Shown: in pieces, positions 47,401-61,266 of the stretch | Layout: each line of letters opens with the position of its first letter | Position numbering within the stretch: the first letter of the stretch is position 1 | NCBI GenBank assembly: GCA_964016885.1 | Contig: OZ024750.1 | Location: 42,904,001 to 42,968,000, forward strand | DNA: 64,000 nucleotides | Source of the DNA: Eledone cirrhosa | Taxonomy: Eukaryota | Direction of reading: 5' to 3' | Translations under genes and position numbers: made by a program | Notes under the pieces: model-generated | Database searches by the model: none | What the model saw: only the letters and a program-made list of their open reading frames with translations | What the model was told of the DNA's origin: nothing

Positions 47401-50400
47401 ATCATCGTCATTGTCACCACCACAGTTGTCATCATCATTGTCACTGTCACCACCACAGTTGTCATCATCATTGTCACTGTCACCACCACAGTTGTCATCA
47501 TTATTGTCATTGTCACCACCACAGTTGTCATCATCATTGTCATTGTCACCACCACAGCTGTCATCATCATTGTCATTGTCACCACCACAGTTGTCATCAT
47601 CATTGTCATTGTCACCACCACAGCTGTCATCATCATTGTCACTGTCACCACCACAGTTGTCATCATCATTGTCACTGTCACCACCACAGTTGTCATCATC
47701 ATTGTCATTGTCATCACCACAGTTGTCATCATCATTGTCACTGTCACCACCACAGTTGTCATCATCATTGTCACTGTCACCACCACAGTTGTCATCATCA
47801 TTGTCATTGTCACCACCACAGTTGTCATCATCATTGTCATTGTCACCACCACAGCTGTCATCATCATTGTCATTGTCACCACCACAGTTGTCATCATCAT
47901 TGTCATTGTCACCACCACAGTTGTCATCATCATTGTCACTGTCACCACCACAGTTGTCATCATCATTGTCACCACCACAGCTGTCATCATCATTGTCATT
48001 GTCACCACCACAGTTGTCATCATCATTGTCACTGTCACCACCACAGTTGTCATCATCATTGTCATTGTCATCACCACAGTTGTCATCATCATTGTCATTG
48101 TCACCACCACAGTTGTCATCATCATTGTCACTGTCATCACCACAGTTGTCATCATCATTGTCACTGTCACCACCACAGTTGTCATCATCATTGTCATTGT
48201 CACCACCACAGTTGTTATCATCATTGTCATTGTCATCACCACAGTTGTCATCATCATTGTCATTGTCACCACCACAGTTGTCATCATCATTGTCACTGTC
48301 ACCACCACAGTTGTCATCATCATTGTCATTGTCACCACCACAGTTGTCATCATCATTGTCATTGTCACCACCACAGTTGTCATCATCATTGTCATTGTCA
48401 CCACCACAGTTGTCATCATCATTGTCATTGTCCCCACCACAGTTGTCATCATCATTGTCACTGTCACCACCACAGTTGTCATCATCATTGTCATTGTCAC
48501 CACCACAGTTGTCATCATCATTGTCATTGTCAGCACCACAGTTGTCATCATCATTGTCATTGTCACCAACACAGTTGTCATCATCATTGTCATTGTCACC
48601 AACACAGTTGTCATCATCATTGTCATTGTCACCAACACAGTTGTCATTGTCATTGTCACCACCACAGTTGTCACCACCACAATTGTCATCATCATCGTCA
48701 TTGTCACCACCACAGTTGTCATCATCATTGTCATTGTCACCACCACAGTTGTCATCATCATTGTCACTGTCATCACCACAGTTGTCATCATCATTGTCAT
48801 CGTCACCACCACAGTTGTCACCACCACAGTTGTCATCATCATTGTCATTGTCACCACCACAGTTGTCACCACCACAGTTGTCATCATCATCGTCATTGTC
48901 ACCACCACAGTTGTCACCATCATTGTCATTGTCACCACCACAGTTGTCATCATCATTGTCATTGTCACCACCACAGTTGTCATCATCATTGTCATTGTCA
49001 CCACCACAGTTGTCATCATCATTGTCACTGTCACCACCACAGTTGTCATCATCATTGTCATTGTCACCACCACAGTTGTCATCATCAATGTCATTGTCAC
49101 CACCACAGTTGTCATCATCATTGTCACTGTCACCACCACAGTTGTCATCATCATTGTCATTGTCACCACCACAGTTGTCATCATCATTGTCATTCTCACC
49201 ACCACAGTTGTCATCATCATTGTCATTGTCACCACCACAGTTGTCATCATCATTGTCACTGTCACCACCACAGTTGTCATCATCATTGTCATTGTCACCA
49301 CCACAGTTGTCATCATCATTGTCATTGTAAACACCACAGTTGTCATCATCATTGTCATTGTCACCACCACAGTTGTCATCATCATTGTCATTGTCACCAC
49401 CACAGTTGTCATCATCATTGTCACTGTCACCACCACAGTTGTCATCATCATTGTCATTGTCACCACCACAGTTGTCATCATCATTGTCACTGTCACCACC
49501 ACAGTTGTCATCATCAATGTCATTGTCACCACCACAGTTGTCACCATCATTGTCATTGTCACCACCACAGTTGTCATCATCATTGTCACTGTCACCATCA
49601 CAGTTGTCATCATCATTGTCACTGTAACCACCACAGTTATCATCATTGTCATTGTCACCACCACAGTTGTCATCATCATTGTCACCACCACAGCTGTCAT
49701 CATCATTGTCATTGTCACCACCACAGTTGTCATCATCATTGTCACTGTCACCACCACAGTTGTCATCATCATTGTCATTGTCACCACCACAGTTGTCATC
49801 ATCATTGTCATTGTCACCACCACAGCTGTCACCATCATTGTCATTGTCACCACCACAGTTGTCATCATCATTGTCATTGTCACCACCACAGCTGTCACCA
49901 TCATTGTCATTGTCACCACCACAGTTGTCATCATCATTGTCATTGTCACCACCACAGCTGTCATCATCATTGTCACTGTCACCACCACAGTTGTCATCAT
50001 CATTGTCACTGTCACCACCACAGTTGTCATCATCCTTGTCATTGACACCACCACAGTTGTCATCATCATTGTCACTGTCACCACCACAGTTGTCATCATC
50101 ATTGTCACTGTCACCACAACAGTTGTCATCATCATTGTCACTGTCACCATCACAGTTGTCATCATCATTGTCACTGTCACCACCACAGTTGTCCTCATCA
50201 TTGTCACTGTCACCACCACAGTTGTCATCATCATTGTCATTGTCACCACCACAGTTGTCATCATCATTGTCATTGTCACCACCACAGCTGTCATCATCAT
50301 TGTCATTGTCACCACCACAGTTGTCATCATCATTGTCATTGTCACCACCACAGTTGTCATCATCATTGTCACTGTCACCACCACAGTTGTCATCATCATT

Positions 50401-53400
50401 GTCACCACCACAGCTGTCATCATCATTGTCATTGTCACCACCACAGTTGTCATCATCATTGTCACTGTCACCACCACAGTTGTCATCATCATTGTCATTG
50501 TCATCACCACAGTTGTCATCATCATTGTCATTGTCACCACCACAGTTGTCATCATCATTGTCACTGTCATCACCACAGTTGTCATCATCATTGTCACTGT
50601 CACCACCACAGTTGTCATCATCATTGTCATTGTCACCACCACAGTTGTTATCATCATTGTCATTGTCATCACCACAGTTGTCATCATCATTGTCATTGTC
50701 ACCACCACAGTTGTCATCATCATTGTCACTGTCACCACCACAGTTGTCATCATCATTGTCATTGTCACCACCACAGTTGTCATCATCATTGTCATTGTCA
50801 CCACCACAGTTGTCATCATCATTGTCATTGTCACCACCACAGTTGTCATCATCATTGTCATTGTCACCACCACAGTTGTCATCATCATTGTCACTGTCAC
50901 CACCACAGTTGTCATCATCATTGTCACTGTCACCACCACAGTTGTCATCATCATTGTCATTGTCACCACCACAGTTGTCATCATCATTGTCATTGTCACC
51001 ACCACAGTTGTCATCATCATTGTCATTGTCACCACCACAGTTGTCATCATCATTGTCATTGTCACCACCACAGTTGTCATCATCATTGTCACTGTCACCA
51101 CCACAGTTGTCATCATCATTGTCACTGTCACCACCACAGTTGTCATCATCATTGTCATTGTCACCACCACAGTTGTCATCATCATTGTCACTGTCACCAC
51201 CACAGTTGTCATCATCATTGTCACCACCACAGCTGTCATCATCATTGTCATTGTCACCACCACAGTTGTCATCATCATTGTCACTGTCACCACCACAGTT
51301 GTCATCATCATTGTTATTGTCACCACCACAGTTGTCATCATCATTGTCATTGTCACCACCACAGTTGTCATCATCATTGTCACCACCACAGCTGTCATCA
51401 TCATTGTCATTGTCACCACCACAGTTGTCATCATCATTGTCATTGTCACCACCACAGTTGTCATCATCATTGTCACTGTCACCACCACAGTTGTCATCAT
51501 CATTGTCACTGTCACCACCACAGTTGTCATCATCATTGTCATTGTCACCACCACAGTTGTCATCATCATTGTCACCACCACAGCTGTCATCATCATTGTC
51601 ATTGTCACCACCACAGTTGTCATCATCATTGTCACTGTCACCACCACAGTTGTCATCATCATTGTCATTGTCACCACCACAGTTGTCATCATCATTGTCA
51701 CCACCACAGCTGTCATCATCATTGTCATTGTCACCACCACAGTTGTCATCATCATTGTCATTGTCACCACCACAGTTGTCATCATCATTGTCACTGTCAC
51801 CACCACAGTTGTCATCATCATTGTCACTGTCACCACCACAGTTGTCATCATCATTGTCATTGTCACCACCACAGTTGTCATCATCATTGTCATTGTCATC
51901 ACCACAGTTGTCATCATCATTGTCACTGTCACCACCACAGTTGTCATCATCATTGTCATTGTCACCACCACAGTTGTCATCATCATTGTCATTGTCATCA
52001 CCACAGTTGTCATCATCATTGTCACTGTCACCACCACAGTTGTCATCATCATTGTCATTGTCACCACCACAGTTGTCATCATCATTGTCATTGTCATCAC
52101 CACAGTTGTCATCATCATTGTCACTGTCACCACCACAGTTGTCATCATCATTGTCATTGTCACCACCACAGTTGTCATCATCATTGTCACTGTCACCACC
52201 ACAGTTGTCATCATCATTGTCATTGTCACCACCACAGTTGTCATCATCATTGTCATTGTCACCACCACAGTTGTCATCATCATTGTCACTGTTACCACCA
52301 CAGTTGTCATCATCATTGTCATTGTCACCACCACAGTTGTCATCTCTGTTGTCACTGTCACCACCACAGTTGTCATCATCATTGTCACTGTCACCAACAC
52401 AGTTGTCAACATCATTGTCACTGTCACCACCACAGTTGTCATCATCATTGTCATTGTCACCACCACAGTTGTCATCATCATTGTCATTGTCACCACCACA
52501 GTTGTCATCATCATTGTCATTGTCACCACCACAGTTGTCATGTCTGTTGTCACTGTCACCACCACAGTTGTCATCATCATTGTCACTGTCACCAACACAG
52601 TTGTCATCATCATTGTCATTGTCATCACCACAGTTGTCATCATCATTGTTATTGTCACCACCACAGTTGTCATCTCTGTTGTCACTGTCACCACCACAGT
52701 TGTCATCATCATTGTCACTGTCACCAACACAGTTGTCATCATCATTGTCATTGTCATCACCACAGTTGTCATCATCATTGTCATTGTCACCACCACAATT
52801 ATCATCATCATTGTCACTGTCACCACCACAGTTGTCATCTCTTTTGTCATTGTCACCACCACAATTGTCATCATCATTGTCATTGTCACCACCACAGTTG
52901 TCATCATCATTGTCATTGTCACCACCACAGTTGTCATCTCTTTTGTCACTGTCACCACCACAGTTGTCATCATCATTGTCACTGTCACCAACACAGTTGT
53001 CATCATCATTGTCACTGTCACCACCACAGTTGTCATCATCATTGTCATTGTCACCACCACAGTTGTCATCATCATTGTCACTGTCACCACCACAGTTGTC
53101 ATCATCATTGTCATTGTCACCACCACAGTTGTCATCTCTGTTGTCACTGTCACCACCACAGTTGTCATCATCATTGTCACTGTCACCAACCCAGTTGTCA
53201 TCATCATTGTCATTGTCACCACCACGGTTGTCATCATCATTGTCATTGTCACCACCACAGTTGTCATCATCATTGTCACTGTCACCACCACAGTTGTCAT
53301 CATCATTGTCATTGTCACCACCACAGTTGTCACCATCATTGTCATTGTCACCAACACAGTTGTCATCATCATTGTCATTGTCATCACCACAGTTGTCATC

Positions 53401-55659
53401 ATCATTGTCATTGTCACCACCACAGTTGTCATCATCATTGTCATTGTCACCAACACAGTTGTCATCTTCATTGTCATTGTCATCACCACAGTTGTCATCA
53501 TCATTGTCACTGTCACCACCACAGTTGTCATCATCATTGTCATTGTCACCAACAGAGTTGTCATCTCTGTTGTCACTGTCACCACCACAGTTGTCATCAT
53601 CATTGTCACTGTCACCACCACAGTTGTCATCATCATCGTCATTGTCACCACCACAGTTGTCATCACTGTTGTCATTGTCACCACCACAGTTGTCATCATC
53701 ATTGTCATTGTCATCACCACAGTTGTCACCACCACAGTTGTCACCATCATTGTCATTGTCACCACCACAGTTGTCACCACCACAGTTGTCATCATCATTG
53801 TCACTGTCACCACCACAGTTGTCATCATCATTGTCACTGTCACCACCACAGTTGTCATCATCATTGTCATTGTCATCACCACAGTTGTCATTATCATTGT
53901 CATTGTCACCACCACAGTTGTCATCATCATTGTCATTGTCACCACCACAGTTGTCATCATCATTGTCATTGTCATCACCACAGTTGTCATCGTCATTGTC
54001 ATTGTCACCACCACAGTTGTCATCATCATTGTCATTGTTACCACCACAGTTGTCATGTCTGTTGTCACTGTCACCACCACAGTTGTCATCATCATTGTCA
54101 CTGTCACCAACACAGTTGTCATCATCATTGTCATTGTCATCACCACAGTTGTCATCATCATTGTCATTGTCACCACCACAATTGTCATCATCATTGTCAC
54201 TGTCACCACCATAGTTGTCATCATCATTGTCATTGTCACCACCACAGTTGTCATCTCTTTTGTCACTGTCACCACCACAGTTGTCATCATCATTGTCACT
54301 GTCACCAACACAGTTGTCATCATCATTGTCACTGTCACCACCACAGTTGTCATCATCATTGTCATTGTCACCACCACAGTTGTCATCATCATTGTCACTG
54401 TCACCACCACAGTTGTCATCATCATTGTCATTGTCACCACCACAGTTGTCATCTCTGTTGTCACTGTCACCACCACAGTTGTCATCATCATTGTCACTGT
54501 CACCAACACATTTGTCATCATCATTGTCATTGTCACCACCACAGTTGTCATCATCATTGTCATTGTCACCACCACAGTTGTCATCATCATTGTCACTGTC
54601 ACCACCACAGTTGTCATCATCATTGTCATTGTCACCACCACAGTTGTCACCATCATTGTCATTGTCACCAACACAGTTGTCATCATCATTGTCATTGTCA
54701 TCACCACAGTTGTCATCATCATTGTCATTGTCACCACCACAGTTGTCATCATCATTGTCATTGTCACCAACACAGTTGTCATCATCATTGTCATTGTCAT
54801 CACCACAGTTGTCATCATCATTGTCACTGTCACCACCACAGTTGTCATCATCATTGTCATTGTCACCAACAGAGTTGTCATCTCTGTTGTCACTGTCACC
54901 ACCACAGTTGTCATCATCATTGTCATTGTCACCACCACAGTTGTCATCATCATTTTCACTGTCACCACCACAGTTGTCATCATCATTGTCATTGTCATCA
55001 CCACAGTTGTCATCATCATTGTCATTGTCACCACCACAGTTGTCATCATCATTGTCATTGTCACCACCACAGTTGTCATCATCATTGTCATTGTCATCAC
55101 CACAGTTGTCATCATCATTGTCATTGTCACCACCACAGTTGTCATCATCATTGCCATTGTCACCACCACAGTTGTCATCATCATTGTCATTGTCACCACC
55201 ACAGTTGTCATCATCATTGTCACTGTCATCACCACAGTTGTCATCATCATTGTCATTGTCACCACCACAGTTGTCATCATCATAGTCACTGTCACCACCA
55301 CAGTTGTCATCATCATCGTCATTGTCACCACCACAGTTGTCATCATCATCGTCATTGTCACCACCACAGTTGTCATCATCATCGTCATTGTCACCACCAC
55401 AGTTGTCATCATCATTGTCACTGTCACCACCAGAGTTGTCATCATCATTGTCACTGTCACCACCACAGTTGTCATCATCATCGTCATTGTCACCACCACA
55501 GTTGTCATCATCATTGTCATTGTCACCACCACAGTTGTCATCATCATTTTCACTGTCACCACCACAGTTGTCATCATCATTGTCATTGTCACCACCACAG
55601 TTGTCATCATCATTGTCACTGTCACCACCACAGTTATCATCATCATTGTCACTGTCACC

Positions 55660-57120
55660 ACCACAGTTGTCACCATCACAGTTGTCATCATCATTGTCAT
55701 TGTCACCACCACAGTTGTCACCATCACAGTTGTCATCATCATTGTCATTGTCACCACCACAGTTGTCACCATCACAGTTGTCATCATCATTGTCATTGTC
55801 ACCACCACAGTTGTCACCATCACAGTTGTCATCATCATTGTCATTGTCACCACCACAGTTGTCACCATCACAGTTGTCATCATCATTGTCATTGTCACCA
55901 CCACAGTTGTCACCATCACAGTTGTCACCATCACAGTTGTCATCATCATTGTCATTGTCACCACCACAGTTGTCACCATCACAGTTGTCACCATCACAGT
56001 TGTCACCATCACAGTTGTCATCATCACAGTTGTCATCATCATTGTCATTGTCACCACCACAGTTGTCACCATCACAGTTGTCACCATCACAGTTGTCATC
56101 ATCATTGTCATTGTCACCACCACAGTTGTCACCATCACAGTTGTCACCATCACAGTTGTCACCATCACAGTTGTCATCATCACAGTTGTCATCATCATTG
56201 TCATTGTCACCACCACAGTTGTCACCATCACAGTTGTCACCATCACAGTTGTCATCATCATTGTCATTGTCACCACCACAGTTGTCACCATCACAGTTGT
56301 CACCATCACAGTTGTCACCATCACAGTTGTCATCATCATTGTCATTGTCACCACCACAGTTGTCACCATCACAGTTGTCACCATCACAGTTGTCACCATC
56401 ACAGTTGTCACCATCACAGTTGTCATCATCATTGGCATTGTCACCACCACAGTTGTCACCATCACAGTTGTCACCATCACAGTTGTCACCATCACAGTTG
56501 TCATCATCACAGTTGTCATCATCATTGTCATTGTCACCACCACAGTTGTCACCATCACAGTTGTCACCATCACAGTTGTCACCATCACAGTTGTCATCAT
56601 CATTGTCATTGTCACCACCACAGTTGTCACCATCACAGTTGTCATCATCATTGTCATTGTCACCACCACAGTTGTCACCATCACAGTTGTCAACATCACA
56701 GTTGTCATCATCATTGTCATTGTCACCACCACAGTTGTCACCATCACAGTTGTCACCATCACAGTTGTCATCATCATTGTCATTGTCACCACCACAGTTG
56801 TCACCATCACAGTTATCATTGTCATTGTCACCACCACAGTTGTCATCATCATTGTCATTGTCACCACCACAGTTGTCACCATCACAGTTGTCATCATCAT
56901 TGTCATTGTCACCACCACAGTTGTCACCACCACAGTTGTCATCATCATTGTCATTGTCACCACCACAGTTGTCATCATCATTGTCACTGTCACCATCACA
57001 GTTGTCATCATCATTGTCATTGTCACCACCACAGTTGTCACCAATACAGTTGTCACCATCACAGTTGTCATCATCATTGTCATTGTCACCACCACAGTTG
57101 TCACCACCACAGTTGTCATC
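55660..57120. repeat. Sub-array enriched in a derived 15-bp unit (CAGTTGTCACCATCA), in runs of 1-4 between full monomers
   Basis: Direct reading, e.g. 56358-56417 carries four consecutive 15-mers. Confidence 0.92.
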
Positions 57121-60100
57121 ATCATTGTCATTGTCACCACCACAGTTGTCATCATCATTGTCATTGTCACCAACACAGTTGTCATCATCATTGTCACTGT
57201 CACCACCACAGTTGTCATCATCATTGTCATTGTCACCACCGCAGTTGTCACCATCATTGTCACTTTCACCACCACAGTTGTCATCATAATTGTCATTGTC
57301 ACCACCACAGTTGTCATCATCATTGTCACTGTCACCACCACAGTTGTCATCATCATTGTCACTGTCACCACCACAGTTGTCACCATCACAGTTGTCATCA
57401 TCATTGTCATTTTCACCACCACAGTTGTCATCATCATTGTCACTGTCACCACCACAGTTGTCACCATCACAGTTGTCATCATCATTGTCATTGTCACCAC
57501 CACAGTTGTCACCATCACAGTTGTCATCATCATTGTCACTGTCACCACCACAGTTATCATCATCATTGTCACTGTCACCACCACAGTTGTCATCATCATT
57601 GTCACTGTCACCACCACAGTTGTCACCATCACAGTTGTCATCATCATTGTCACTGTCACCACCACAGTTGTCATCATCATTGTCACTGTCACCACCACAG
57701 TGGTCACCATCACAGTTGTCATCATCATTGTCACTGTCACCACCACAGTTGTCATCATCATTGTCATTGTCACCACCACAGTTGTCATCATCATTGTCAC
57801 TGTCACCACCACAGTTGTCATCATCATTGTCATTGTCACCACCACAGTTGTCATCATCATTGTCACTGTCACCGCCACAGTTGTCATCATCATTGTCATT
57901 GTCACCACCACAGTTGTCATCATCATTGTCACTGTCACCACCACAGTTGTCATCATCATTGTCACTGTCACCACCACAGTTGTCATCATCATTGTCATTG
58001 TCCCCACCACAGTTGTCATCATCATTGTCACTGTCACCACCACAGTTGTCATCATCATTGTCACTGTCACCACCACAGTTGTCACCATCACAGTTGTCAT
58101 CATCATTGTCATTGTCACCACCACAGTTGTCATCATCATTGTCACTGTCATCACCACAGTTGTCATCATAATTGTCACTGTCACCACCACAGTTGTCATC
58201 ATCATTGTCATTGTCACCACCACAGTTGTCATCATCATTGTCACTGTCACCACCACAGTTGTCATCATCATTGTCATTGTCACCACCACAGTTGTCATCA
58301 TCATTGTCATTGTCACCACCACAGTTGTCATCATCATTGTCATTGTCACCACCACAGTTGTCATCATCATTGTCATTGTCACCACCACAGTTGTCACCAT
58401 CATTGTCACTGTCACCACCACAGTTGTCATCATCATTGTCACTGTCACCACCACAGTTGTCATCATCATTGTCATTGTCACCATCACAGTTGTCATCATC
58501 ATTGTCACCACCACAGTTGTCATCATCATTGTCACTGTCACCACCACAGTTGTCATCATCATTGTCATTGTCACCACCACAATTGTCATCATCATTGTCA
58601 TTGTCACCACCACAGTTGTCATCATCATTGTCACTGTCACCACCACAGTTGTCATCATCATTGTCATTGTCACCATCACAGTTGTCATCATCATTGTCAT
58701 TGTCACCACCACAGTTGTCATCATCATTGTCACTGTCACCACCACAGTTGTCATCATCATTGTCACTGTCACCACCACAGTTGTCATCATCATTGTCATT
58801 GTCACCACCACAGTTGTCATCATCATTGTCATTGTCACCACCACAGTTGTCATCATCATTGTCATTGTCACCACCACAGTTGTCATCATCATTGTCACTG
58901 TCACCACCACAGTTGTCATCATCATTGTCATTGTCACCACCACAGTTGTCATCATCATTGTCACTGTCACCACCACAGTTGTCATCATCATTGTCATTGT
59001 CACCACCACAGTTGTCATCATCATTGTCATTGTCACCACCACAGTTGTCATCATCATTGTCACTGTCACCACCACAGTTGTCATCATCATTGTCATTGTC
59101 ACCACCACAGTTGTCATCATCATTGTCATTGTCACCACCACAGTTGTCATCATCATTGTCACTGTCACCACCACAGTTGTCACCATCACAGTTGTCATCA
59201 TCATTGTCATTGTCACCACCACAGTTGTCACCATCACAGTTGTCATCATCATTGTCACTGTCACCACCACAGTTATCATCATCATTGTCACTGTCACCAC
59301 CACAGTTGTCATCATCATTGTCACTGTCACCACCACAGTTGTCACCATCACAGTTGTCATCATCATTGTCACTGTCACCACCACAGTTGTCATCATCATT
59401 GTCACTGTCACCACCACAGTTGTCACCATCACAGTTGTCATCATCATTGTCACTGTCACCACCACAGTTGTCATCATCATTGTCATTGTCACCACCACAG
59501 TTGTCATCATCATTGTCACTGTCACCACCACAGTTGTCATCATCATTGTCATTGTCACCACCACAGTTGTCATCATCATTGTCACTGTCACCACCACAGT
59601 TGTCATCATCATTGTCATTGTCACCACCACAGTTGTCATCATCATTGTCACTGTCACCACCACAGTTGTCATCATCATTGTCACTGTCACCACCACAGTT
59701 GTCACCATCACAGTTGTCATCATCATTGTCACTGTCACCACCACAGTTGTCATCATCATTGTCACTGTCACCACCACAGTTGTCATCATCATTGTCACTG
59801 TCACCACCACAGTTGTCACCATCACAGTTGTCATCATCATTGTCACTGTCACCACCACGGTTGTCATCATCATTGTCATTGTCACCACCACAGTTGTCAT
59901 CATCATTGTCACTGTCACCACCACAGTTGTCATCATCATTGTCATTGTCACCACCACAGTTGTCATCATCATTGTCACTGTCACCACCACAGTTGTCATC
60001 ATCATTGTCATTGTCACCACCACAGTTGTCATCATCATTGTCATTGTCACCACCACAGTTGTCATCATCATTGTCATTGTCACCATCACAGTTGTCATCA

Positions 60101-61064
60101 TCATTGTCATTGTCACCACCACAGTTGTCATCATCATTGTCACTGTCACCACCACAGTTGTCATCATCATTGTCACTGTCACCACCACAGTTGTCATCAT
60201 CATTGTCACTGTCACCACCACAGTTGTCATCATCATTGTCATTGTCACCACCACAGTTGTCATCATCATTGTCATTGTCACCACCACAGTTGTCATCATC
60301 ATTGTCACTGTCACCACCACAGTTGTCATCATCATTGTCATTGTCACCACCACAGTTGTCATCATCATTGTCACTGTCACCACCACAGTTGTCATCATCA
60401 TTGTCATTGTCACCACCACAGTTGTCATCATCATTGTCATTGTCACCACCACAGTTGTCATCATCATTGTCACTGTCACCACCACAGTTGTCATCATCAT
60501 TGTCATTGTCACCACCACAGTTGTCATCATCATTGTCATTGTCACCACCACAGTTGTCATCATCATTGTCACTGTCACCACCACAGTTGTCACCATCACA
60601 GTTGTCATCATCATTGTCATTGTCACCACCACAGTTGTCACCATCACAGTTGTCATCATCATTGTCACTGTCACCACCACAGTTATCATCATCATTGTCA
60701 CTGTCACCACCACAGTTGTCATCATCATTGTCACTGTCACCACCACAGTTGTCATCATCATTGTCACTGTCACCACCACAGTTGTCACCATCACAGTTGT
60801 CATCATCATTGTCACTGTCACCACCACAGTTGTCATCATCATTGTCACTGTCACCACCACAGTTGTCATCATCATTGTCATTGTCACCACCACAGTTGTC
60901 ATCATCATTGTCACTGTCACCACCACAGTTGTCATCATCATTGTCATTGTCACCACCACAGTTGTCATCATCATTGTCACTGTCACCACCACAGTTGTCA
61001 TCATCATTGTCATTGTCACCACCACAGTTGTCATCATCATTGTCACTGTCACCACCACAGTTGT

Positions 61065-61264
61065 NNNNNNNNNNNNNNNNNNNNNNNNNNNNNNNNNNNN
61101 NNNNNNNNNNNNNNNNNNNNNNNNNNNNNNNNNNNNNNNNNNNNNNNNNNNNNNNNNNNNNNNNNNNNNNNNNNNNNNNNNNNNNNNNNNNNNNNNNNNN
61201 NNNNNNNNNNNNNNNNNNNNNNNNNNNNNNNNNNNNNNNNNNNNNNNNNNNNNNNNNNNNNNNN
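61065..61264. other. Assembly gap (200 N, placeholder length)
   Basis: Exactly 200 N characters. Confidence 1.
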
Positions 61265-61266
61265 TG

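Larger units (their letters stand above)
1..61064. repeat. 33-bp tandem satellite array (consensus CAG TTG TCA TCA TCA TTG TCA TTG TCA CCA CCA), open at the left edge and ending at an assembly gap
   Basis: Continuous head-to-tail repetition in one orientation with no inserted foreign sequence seen. Consensus is 14/33 GC and lacks CpG. Common variants include TCACTG, TCTTTG, CCAACA, TCATCG and CAGCTG, plus shortened units of 30, 27, 21 and 15 bp. Confidence 0.99.

Noticed and set aside
1-61064. CRISPR array (33-bp periodicity) or telomeric repeat
   Set aside because: No unique spacers, no cas genes, and no telomere-type G-rich short motif; units are directly tandem.
61065-61264. LINE inserted into or bounding the satellite
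   Set aside because: The junction is an unsized gap, so adjacency and distance are unknown.
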